A stretch of 64,000 nt of DNA from Aulosira sp. ZfuVER01 (GTDB taxonomy: Bacteria; Cyanobacteriota; Cyanobacteriia; Cyanobacteriales; Nostocaceae): positions 1-64,000 of the forward strand of contig JAVRCV020000051.1 in NCBI GenBank assembly GCA_034530615.2, given 5' to 3'. This document shows, in pieces, positions 20,534 to 28,898 of this stretch (the stretch's first letter is position 1; the number at the start of each line of letters is the position of its first letter). The position numbers were made by a program, and so were the translations under genes. The notes under the pieces were generated by a model, which had not been told where the DNA came from, did not search any database, and worked only from the letters and a program-made list of their open reading frames with translations.

Positions 20534-22924
20534 TTACCCATCCACAGTCAATTTGACTTGGACAATTAAATCGTTGAAATCGCGATCGCTGCCTGCTCCT
20601 GTGATATCCTCAAAGCCAAAGCAGTTATTGCCTAGCATCCGAACATGATTATTCTTGTCAGAATTTGCACCTAAGAATGGACTGTAAACTGCAAAGTCGT
20701 CAGAATTACTACTTAAAATTGCATCTACAGTGCTATTAGCAATAATAAAAGGTGCAAATAGCCAACCTGAGTCAAAATTGCCGGTGAAAGTTGCTTTACC
20801 TTGGTTTTTCACCTTCAAGTCAATGCCGTCAACACGTGCCCGAAGCATGGCTTTAATGTAGCCTTTATCCCCTGGACGGAAGTCAATACTACCATCATTG
20901 TCACTATCAATACCTCCATTCTCATCATTGACTCTACAGAAGCCAACTAAGTTGTCGTAAGCAGCTTCTCTGTTGATAACAAACTCTGCTTTAACCTTAG
21001 TTTTGACTTCCCGTAAATCGATGACTTCACCTTGATGCTTTCCTTGGCGGCCTATACCTAAAGGTATTTTGTCATTGGTTTCCTTAACCTTCAGCACTAA
21101 ATCGCTACCACCAATAGATACACCTTTCCAAGTCATAGAAAACCCTTCAATTTCTGAGCTTTCTATTTTGACATTCGTGGCAGATGAAAACACTACTTCA
21201 GAGAGTGAAGTTTTTCCAGACAACACAGCATCAGTAGTGCTGTTGCGTATCGTGTAGAATCTCAGGTTGGCACCTGAGTCGAATTCTAATAAGTTTGCCA
21301 AGTCAGTTGGATTAAAACCATCGGGTGCATTGGCAATAGCAGAGCAAACTATCTTTGATCGTTTGAGAGCTACTTCTGCATAACCTGCTGCACCGGGAGC
21401 AATACCCTCAATCGTACCTTGGGCATCGTCAACGATAAATACACCTATTTCGTTGACTACTTTAGAAGTGTTGCCTTCAATTTTGATTGAGATTTTTGCT
21501 TTATCACCTTTAACTTTACTTTTGACAGTAAAGATATTTTCCGTAATATTTGTGAAATTGACAATCGTTGTTATTTGATTGATGGCAGCAAATCCCAAGT
21601 CGTTAACATTGATAGCCAAGTCTTTGTCAAAGGACTCTCCTAGACTGTCAGTTGTGCGGACACGGATATTGTAGGTAGTTTTAGTTATGGAAGATTTAAT
21701 TTTGAGGCTATCTCCCTCGATAATGAATGCATCATTATCAGTATCGCCAGTGCCTGCAACCAAACTGAAAGTATACTTGATGTTTTTATCTAAGTCAGTG
21801 GTTTTGAAGACACAGATGGCTTTCTCATCATCATTACTACTACCATCATCATTCTCATCATCACCGATCGCAGTAAATATTACATCTGTAGGTGCAGAAT
21901 TAAGTACTGAGACTTGATTACTATCAGCATTCAATACCACTAAGTCAGGTTTTTTGTCACTGTTTAAGTCTGCCACCGTCACGTAAGGCGAAGATGTTTC
22001 AACTGTTAAATCGGTAGGAGTAGCAAAACCACCATTACCATCGTTTAACAGCACTGAGATGTTGTTGACATCAGCCTTTTTCCCTACTACCAAGTCAAGT
22101 TTGGCGTCACCGTCAATATCTTCTAAGACAACAGAATTCGGATTTGTCCCGACTGTGAAATTGGTATAAGTGCCAAAACCACCATTACCATCGTTCAATA
22201 GCACCGAGACATTACTAGAAGCATAATTCGCCACCACCAAGTCAAGTTGCTTGTCACCGTCTATGTCTCCAATGGCGATCGCACTGGGTTTTGTCCCAAC
22301 TGTGATGTTGGTGGGAGTACCAAAGCCGCCATTACCATCGTTCAACAATACTGAAACGTTGTCGTCATCAGCGTTCGTTACTACAAAGTCAAGCTTGCTA
22401 TCACCGTTAATGTCTCCGATTGCGATCGCAGAGGGTTTTGTCCCGACTGTAAAATCGGTAGGAGTACCAAAGCCACCACTACCATCGTTCAACAATACTG
22501 AAACGTTGTTGTCATCAACGTTGACTACCACTAAGTCAAGCTTGCTATCACCGTTAATGTCTCCGATTGCGATCGCAGAAGGTTTTGTCCCGACTGTAAA
22601 ATCGGTGGGAGTACCAAAGCTGCCATTACCATCGTTTAACAACACTGAAATGGTGTTGTCATCAGCGTTCGCTACCAATAAGTCAAGCTTTTGATCGCCA
22701 TCTACGTCTTCTGAGGTAAGGAAAACTGGGTTAGTTCCGACTGCGAAGTTGATAGGAGTGCCAAAACCATCATTACCATCGTTTAACAACACAGAAATGT
22801 TGTTGTCACCAGTGTTCGCTACTGCTAAGTCAAGTTTTCCGTCTCCATTTAAGTCTTTCACTACCACAGAAGAGGGACTTGAACCAACAGGAAAGTCGTT
22901 GGCACTTGCAAATGATAGGCTCAT
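20534..22924 (-). CDS. FG-GAP/VCBS beta-propeller plus cadherin-like plus DUF4114 surface protein
   Basis: About seven ~49-aa GDINGDSKLDLVV..SVLLNDGNGGF repeats; YNIRVRTTD; C-terminal REAAYDNLVGF, FGFEDITGAGSDRDFNDLIV. Confidence 0.88.
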   Translation of the reverse strand: MSLSFASANDFPVGSSPSSVVVKDLNGDGKLDLAVANTGDNNISVLLNDGNDGFGTPINFAVGTNPVFLTSEDVDGDQKLDLLVANADDNTISVLLNDGNGSFGTPTDFTVGTKPSAIAIGDINGDSKLDLVVVNVDDNNVSVLLNDGSGGFGTPTDFTVGTKPSAIAIGDINGDSKLDFVVTNADDDNVSVLLNDGNGGFGTPTNITVGTKPSAIAIGDIDGDKQLDLVVANYASSNVSVLLNDGNGGFGTYTNFTVGTNPNSVVLEDIDGDAKLDLVVGKKADVNNISVLLNDGNGGFATPTDLTVETSSPYVTVADLNSDKKPDLVVLNADSNQVSVLNSAPTDVIFTAIGDDENDDGSSNDDEKAICVFKTTDLDKNIKYTFSLVAGTGDTDNDAFIIEGDSLKIKSSITKTTYNIRVRTTDSLGESFDKDLAINVNDLGFAAINQITTIVNFTNITENIFTVKSKVKGDKAKISIKIEGNTSKVVNEIGVFIVDDAQGTIEGIAPGAAGYAEVALKRSKIVCSAIANAPDGFNPTDLANLLEFDSGANLRFYTIRNSTTDAVLSGKTSLSEVVFSSATNVKIESSEIEGFSMTWKGVSIGGSDLVLKVKETNDKIPLGIGRQGKHQGEVIDLREVKTKVKAEFVINREAAYDNLVGFCRVNDENGGIDSDNDGSIDFRPGDKGYIKAMLRARVDGIDLKVKNQGKATFTGNFDSGWLFAPFIIANSTVDAILSSNSDDFAVYSPFLGANSDKNNHVRMLGNNCFGFEDITGAGSDRDFNDLIVQVKLTVDG

Positions 22925-23320
22925 GATTTTTTTAATTAATAGTGTGTTGGCTTCCTCACACCTGTTTCTGTTTAGCTCACCCGATAATTCACAAAATTAA
23001 GATTCTTTATTGAAATTGTGAGGAATACATCATTCAGATTATTTCGGAAATCATAAAACACGCTTCCGTGAACATACTATAAACTCTAGATCGTGGTAAT
23101 TACGCAAAGACAATACATTTCTATCCGAAATAGAGAATCGCAGAGTTGTATGTAAATTGTGTTGTCAACATTGTTCTAAAAACTAATGACTGTTATCGAT
23201 AACATAAATATCTGACTATATCTGCATTGTAATGAAAATTATTATGCATAGTATTAAGAGTAATATCTCTAGTCAATTAAACCTATTAAATGGCTAATGT
23301 TTTGCAGATTCAGAAAATAT

Positions 23321-23932
23321 ATGATAACCCTCACCAACACATCGATAAAAACCAAAACTACAATCCAAAATCATCATGAGTCTGATTATTGTGACTTGCT
23401 ACAAGTTTATTTTCTACAAGTCGTGATTGAAAGCTTAGAAGATGGTATTTTAATTCTTAATGAAGCGGGTAAAGTAGTTCATGCTAATGCACCTGCCTAT
23501 CAAATATGTACTCAATTAAGACAAGAATATGGGCATCAAAAGTTTATTCATCCAGTCATCTGGCAGCTTTGTCAGTCTTTAATTGATAGGCAAAGCTTTA
23601 ATGCAGATAAATTGATTATTCTATCTGATGAAATTGTAGTTAATCGGTCAAGCATTTTTCGCATCCGAGTAAGATGTCTGAATTTAAAAACTACTCAGAT
23701 GCGTCATTTTTTAGTAACGATTGAAAATCGCAATGAATCACTAAAAAACATTGCGATCTCTGAAGTTATAAAATATGATTTAACACCGCGAGAAGCTGAA
23801 ATTTGGTCTTTATATAGAGGCAATTATAGCTATAAAGATATTGCTGCCAAGCTGTACATTACTATAAATACTGTGAAGAAGCACATGAAAAATATCCATG
23901 CTAAACGACAAGCATATCTAGAAGTACAGTAG
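23321..23932 (+). CDS. PAS-like/LuxR-family HTH transcriptional regulator
   Basis: LEDGILILNEAG; LTPREAEIW..YSYKDIAAKLYITINTVKKHMKNI. Confidence 0.9.
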   Translation: MITLTNTSIKTKTTIQNHHESDYCDLLQVYFLQVVIESLEDGILILNEAGKVVHANAPAYQICTQLRQEYGHQKFIHPVIWQLCQSLIDRQSFNADKLIILSDEIVVNRSSIFRIRVRCLNLKTTQMRHFLVTIENRNESLKNIAISEVIKYDLTPREAEIWSLYRGNYSYKDIAAKLYITINTVKKHMKNIHAKRQAYLEVQ

Positions 23933-24220
23933 CATTGCCAAATGTTTGAGTATGAGCTTGAGAAAATTTAAATGTAGACCCCTGGTACAAAATTTGCATA
24001 GGTATCTGTATTGAATAATCAAGAGAAGCCTAGCTCTCAATAATTTTCATCCAAAAGCCAAAATTGCTCTGAGCTACTCAAATGAGTATGAATAGCCAAT
24101 TGTAACGTTGACATTGATAATATTTGAGCATTTCTAATTGCTTAACTATTCATAGTTAGCAGGTTAATTCCAAAATCCTAACTTTTGACTTTGCTAATTT
24201 CTGAAGTTAATTGTTAAAAT

Positions 24221-24697
24221 CTAGGGCTTTTTAGCAGGATTTTGAATGAGTATCAATGTATTAGAAATCTTCTGTTTCAAGTCATTATCATTTTGAAGAT
24301 CCACAGTAATCTTATTGAAACGCTCAATAGTAAGACCATTCTCTTCTACTATTTTTTGAGAGTGTTTACAGTAATTTACTGCAATATCTTGAGCTTTTTT
24401 TGGCAGCCCACTGATACTTTTGGAGTCATTACAAACTATCTTGGGAATTTCGCGATCGCCCATCAGTTTTTTAATTTCGTCAAAGGCTTGTTGACGTGCT
24501 GGCTCCATTGCTAACACAGCTTGAGCATAGCTGATGATTTCATTACTGTTAACTGGTTGTGGGGTTTGAGCGTTAACTTTACCACTAATTATAACGCTGG
24601 CAACTATACCAGCAGTGGCGATCGCACTATAAGATAAAGCCTGCGAAAGTATGTGTTGTAGTTTTCGTTGGAAAAACAAATCAGCAATTTTTTTCAT
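24221..24697 (-). CDS. DUF4168 family exported protein
   Basis: Signal-like N-terminus; YAQAVLAMEPARQ, IVEENGLTIERFNKIT. Confidence 0.75.
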   Translation of the reverse strand: MKKIADLFFQRKLQHILSQALSYSAIATAGIVASVIISGKVNAQTPQPVNSNEIISYAQAVLAMEPARQQAFDEIKKLMGDREIPKIVCNDSKSISGLPKKAQDIAVNYCKHSQKIVEENGLTIERFNKITVDLQNDNDLKQKISNTLILIQNPAKKP

Positions 24698-24825
24698 ATA
24701 GCGTGTGACACAGAACTAAAGTAGGGATATGTTATTTGCTTTGAATTATTTTAAGAGTAAGAAGTTCCGCAAACTCCTCAATCCATGAAATTTTTATATA
24801 ATCCATAAAATTTTTAGATTTAGTA

Positions 24826-25815
24826 TTAGCTTCCTCTAGAGACTTGACAAAGTTCTATCACTTTCGTCTGTAGAGTTGCAATATCTGAATATCCTTGCTT
24901 CAGGCTAACTTCTAACTCCAGCAACAAAGGTAAAATGGAGATGAGTTGCTGTACAGAAAGTGACTTGACTTCTTGTTGTAAAAAGTAAATTCGTTTGGGA
25001 TTTCCTATCTCCGCCGCCTGAGCGATCGCTTGTGGATTCCGCTCACCACTTTCCATCATAATTTTTACCCATAACCAAGTGCGAAATTGACCAATCAATG
25101 TCGCAACTATCCGTAACCTAGGCTCAGAAGCATTAATCAGATCGCTTAAAGTAGCCAAAGCTTTAGCTGTATCTCCAGTTCTAATTGCTGCCGCCAATTG
25201 TAAACTATTTTGAGTAGTATTTCTGATTAGCCTTGTAATTATATCAACATCTAAAGGCTGAGTGGTACCAGCAGCATAGAGGCGCAACTTCTCCATTTCA
25301 TTGTAAAGAAGGCGTGTATCGTTACCTACAGATTCTGCTATGAGTTCCGCAGTCTTGGGTGTCAATTTTACGCCTGTAGTCTGAGCAGCTTGATTTACGG
25401 CTTGTACCAGCAACTCTGTTTTCCAAGGTGGAATCAGCGGAAATTCCCGGAACTCAGTAGCGTATTGCTTCAAAATTTTTGTCGATTTTAAGCGTTCATC
25501 CGGTTTGTTGCGACTGGTGAGCAATAAAAATGAGTTCTCCGGGATTACAGGTAAAGTGCGCCCAAGTTCTGCTAAGACATTATCTGGGCAATGTTGGCAG
25601 AGAGTAGTATTAGCTAACCAGACTAACCTGCCACCAGCACCAAAACTTGGTGTCATAACTTGATTTAATCCCTGAATCGCCGCATCAGCTTGATCTGGTA
25701 ACAAGGAAGTGTAGTTAAAACTTGTCCATTGGGGATCGAGGACGCGATCGCACAAACTAGCCACCGCTTTTTCTATAGCAAAATCATCTTCACCCCAGTA
25801 AACATGAATGGGCAT
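24826..25815 (-). CDS. holA: DNA polymerase III delta subunit
   Basis: MPIHVYWGEDDF, TPSFGAGGRLV, KPDERLKSTK, GNPKRIYFL. Confidence 0.93.
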   Translation of the reverse strand: MPIHVYWGEDDFAIEKAVASLCDRVLDPQWTSFNYTSLLPDQADAAIQGLNQVMTPSFGAGGRLVWLANTTLCQHCPDNVLAELGRTLPVIPENSFLLLTSRNKPDERLKSTKILKQYATEFREFPLIPPWKTELLVQAVNQAAQTTGVKLTPKTAELIAESVGNDTRLLYNEMEKLRLYAAGTTQPLDVDIITRLIRNTTQNSLQLAAAIRTGDTAKALATLSDLINASEPRLRIVATLIGQFRTWLWVKIMMESGERNPQAIAQAAEIGNPKRIYFLQQEVKSLSVQQLISILPLLLELEVSLKQGYSDIATLQTKVIELCQVSRGS

Positions 25816-25875
25816 GAAAAACCTCTGTTCTCCTCTTGTTTCACCGTAGCACCACCAAGGAGATTCATGTCATTG

Positions 25876-26048
25876 GGTATGGGACATGGGGCATTAGGCA
25901 TTGGTAATTTCTCCCTTGTCCCCCTTGTCCCCCTTGTCCCTCCGAAGTTCTGAGCGGAGGCTTCCTCCGCTCAGACTTCTCTCCTTGTCTCCCCACACTT
26001 CCCACACTTCCCACACTCCCCACACTCCCTCATCCCCCTTGTCCCTTC
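25876..26048. repeat. STRR array with an embedded GC-rich hairpin
   Basis: GGCATTG/CCCCTTGTC/CCCACACT units; gaagttctgagcggagg-ctt-cctccgctcagacttc at 25944-25979. Confidence 0.85.
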
Positions 26049-26061
26049 TTCATCACTTGCA

Positions 26062-27087
26062 CTAATAGCGAATTCGGGGATCTACGTAAGCGTTTAAAAT
26101 ATCAATTAAAATACTGGCGCTAACGACGATTGCCCCGAAAAATACTAGCACTCCCTGTACTGTGGGATAATCGCGATCGGAAATCGCTTGATACAGTCGG
26201 TTTGCTAACCCAGGCCAAGAAAATGTCACCTCAGTTAGAATCGCCCCACCCAACAAAGAAGCAAAGGTTAATCCCAAAACTGTAATTACTGGAATCAGAG
26301 CATTTTTCAAAGCATGAGAAACTAAAATCTTGTTTTCTGGAATACCTCTGGCTCTAGCTGCTTCTACATAATCTGCTTGTAGAGTTTGCTTGAGGTTTAC
26401 GCGCACAATTCTTTCAAAAATCCCACTCAGCAAAATACCTAGAGTCAAGCTAGGAAGGGCAATATGGTGTAGTGAGGTAAAAAACTGAGAAAAGTTCCCC
26501 GCTAGTAAACTATCAAATGTATACAAACCAGTAATATGGGCAGGTGCAGGAAGATTTGGTGGGAATCTGTTGGAATTGGGAAACCAACCTAGTTGTACCG
26601 AGAAAATCAACTGAAGAATCATTCCCGCCCAAAACATAGGCAGTGCGTATGTAATAATTCCAAATAATCGCCCCCCTGCATCTACAGCTGTCCCAGGACG
26701 GGAAGCCGAAAGAGTCCCAACTAAAATTCCGACAATGAGTGCAACTGCCATACTACACACTGCTAACTCTACTGTCGCGGGAAAATATTGTCCAATTATG
26801 TCCCCAACGTGCTGTCCCCGACTCGTTAACGAGGTTCCTAAATCAAAGCGCAGCAAGTTTCCCAAATAATTTAAATACTGTAACCACAAAGGTAAGTCTA
26901 AACCCAGTTGTTTGCGCAATTCTGCTTTAGCGCTTTCTGGCGCACGTCCACCCAGAATCGCATCTGCTGGATCTCCTGGTGTTGCTCTCAGTAAGAGAAA
27001 CACGATGGTAATAATTGTTAATAACTGAAGTGGTGCTAAGAGTAAACGGGAAGCAATGTAATATTGTAGGGCTTTGGATCGTGACAT
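26062..27087 (-). CDS. Peptide/nickel ABC transporter permease (DppB/OppB family)
   Basis: PGDPA, DLGTS, DYVEAARARG, EVTFSWPGLA, RDYPTVQG. Confidence 0.93.
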   Translation of the reverse strand: MSRSKALQYYIASRLLLAPLQLLTIITIVFLLLRATPGDPADAILGGRAPESAKAELRKQLGLDLPLWLQYLNYLGNLLRFDLGTSLTSRGQHVGDIIGQYFPATVELAVCSMAVALIVGILVGTLSASRPGTAVDAGGRLFGIITYALPMFWAGMILQLIFSVQLGWFPNSNRFPPNLPAPAHITGLYTFDSLLAGNFSQFFTSLHHIALPSLTLGILLSGIFERIVRVNLKQTLQADYVEAARARGIPENKILVSHALKNALIPVITVLGLTFASLLGGAILTEVTFSWPGLANRLYQAISDRDYPTVQGVLVFFGAIVVSASILIDILNAYVDPRIRY

Positions 27088-27180
27088 ATTATAGAAAGGA
27101 TGAAAAATAAAGGATGAAGGATGAAAAGGAATATGGTCTTGATTTCAGACTTCATAATTCAAACTTCATCCTTTAGACTG

Positions 27181-28830
27181 TTACTTTTTAATTGGCTTAT
27201 AAACTAGATTTTGGGTGGGGTCAAGTTGGACGTTACTCACACCTTTTTGAGCAAATACATAGTCTTTGTTTTGCCATAAGGGAACGTAAGGCACATCATT
27301 TGTGACTATCTCTTGAATTTGGGTAAATATCTGCTTACGTGCTTCTGGATTTTGTTCTTTGCGTTGTTGATCGATCAGCTTATTGACAGTTTCATTGTAA
27401 TAGAAAGAACCTTGACTTTGGCTACCGCCGTCTTCGCATCCCTTAGCAACAGAACCCTTCTGACAAGCTAAAAACGGTTGTACGTAATTATCAGGATCTA
27501 AAAAGTCTGGATACCAATCAAGTAAAGCTGCTGGATATAAACCCTTACCGATGTCTTTAAAGAAGGTAGCACCTTCTACAGTTTTGGCTTCAACTAGCAG
27601 TATGCCTTCCATCTTTTGATCGATAAGTGATTTTAGTGTCTGCGCTGCTAAACTTCGGGTAGGCGAACTAGCGGGATACCAAACTTCTACTTTTGCAGGA
27701 TTATCTTTAGAAAAACCTGCAGCAGTTAATAGTTGTTTAGCCCGATCAAAGTTAGCATCCCCATATTTATCTTTAAATAAAGGCTGGGAAACATTAAAGG
27801 TGGTAGGAATCATGCTATAGAGCGCATCGGCTTGATTAAACAAGACTCGCTGATTTAAAAGCGGACGATCGATTAATGAAGCGATCGCTTGTCTTACCTC
27901 TGGTTTATCTAAAGGCTTTTGATTTCGGTTCAACACCATGTAACTTACTACACTACCTTGAGCGGTAATCGCTTGCCAGTCTCCTTTTTTTGCACCGTCT
28001 TCTAAACTGCGAATTTGATCTGGTTGCAGAGAAAGATAGGCTACATCCACCGCACCTGTACGGAAAGCATTAAACAAATTCACCGGGCTAGTCTGAATTT
28101 GAACGTTAATACCTTTATTCGCTGGTTTTTCTCCCCAATACTTATCAAAAACATCCAATCGCAGGGAATCAGTACCATAGGAAGCTAATTTGTAAGGGCC
28201 AGTTCCTACAAACGTCTCTGGCTTAAATTTACCTGCACCCAGTTCGTAAGCTTTCGGCGAAACTGGACAAACCCCAGAAAAAGCCAGTAGTGAAGGAAAC
28301 GCCGCAAAAGGTTTTTTCAGTTTAACAGTTAACTCAGATTCACCCGTAGCTTTGACTGAGTCTATCGTATCGGCTAGTAAGAAAGAGGGTTTCCCCTTAT
28401 TTTCAATAAAGCGCTTGATAGTAAATGCCATTGCTTCCGCATTAAAGGTAGTTCCATCATGAAAAACTACTCCCTGGCGTAAAGGGATGGTGTAAGTTAA
28501 ACCATCTGAACTGACTTTGGGTAATGCTGTTGCTAGTTGGGGTTTAATTTCTGTGCTACCTGGCTCATAAGTATAGAGGCGATCGCTCATATTAAACACT
28601 AAACCCAAGGATGCCAATTCATAAGCATCAGCAGGATCTAGGGTTCTCGGCTTTGCTGTCGTCCCTACAGTAATGCGACCATCGCCAGTAGAAGTAGTTG
28701 TAGAACCAGTTGATGTATTTGTCTGGGAACGAGGAGTACAACTGACAACCAATAATAAACATAGACAGAATAAACAGAGGAATTGTGTCATCCCTCTCCA
28801 TCGTCTAACCGATAAGGTAAACCTGGTCAT
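27181..28830 (-). CDS. Peptide ABC transporter substrate-binding lipoprotein (family 5)
   Basis: Lipobox LVVSC; LDPAD, PQLATALP, FHDGT, VGTGPYKL. Confidence 0.93.
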   Translation of the reverse strand: MTRFTLSVRRWRGMTQFLCLFCLCLLLVVSCTPRSQTNTSTGSTTTSTGDGRITVGTTAKPRTLDPADAYELASLGLVFNMSDRLYTYEPGSTEIKPQLATALPKVSSDGLTYTIPLRQGVVFHDGTTFNAEAMAFTIKRFIENKGKPSFLLADTIDSVKATGESELTVKLKKPFAAFPSLLAFSGVCPVSPKAYELGAGKFKPETFVGTGPYKLASYGTDSLRLDVFDKYWGEKPANKGINVQIQTSPVNLFNAFRTGAVDVAYLSLQPDQIRSLEDGAKKGDWQAITAQGSVVSYMVLNRNQKPLDKPEVRQAIASLIDRPLLNQRVLFNQADALYSMIPTTFNVSQPLFKDKYGDANFDRAKQLLTAAGFSKDNPAKVEVWYPASSPTRSLAAQTLKSLIDQKMEGILLVEAKTVEGATFFKDIGKGLYPAALLDWYPDFLDPDNYVQPFLACQKGSVAKGCEDGGSQSQGSFYYNETVNKLIDQQRKEQNPEARKQIFTQIQEIVTNDVPYVPLWQNKDYVFAQKGVSNVQLDPTQNLVYKPIKK

Positions 28831-28898
28831 AGAAATAAAATTATTGAGGTTAGCGGTGAGTCATTTTACTATAGGTTGATGAATTTTCTTTAGAAAAA

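Noticed and set aside
22251..23000. Plus-strand repetitive ORFs
   Set aside because: Antisense shadows of the FG-GAP repeats
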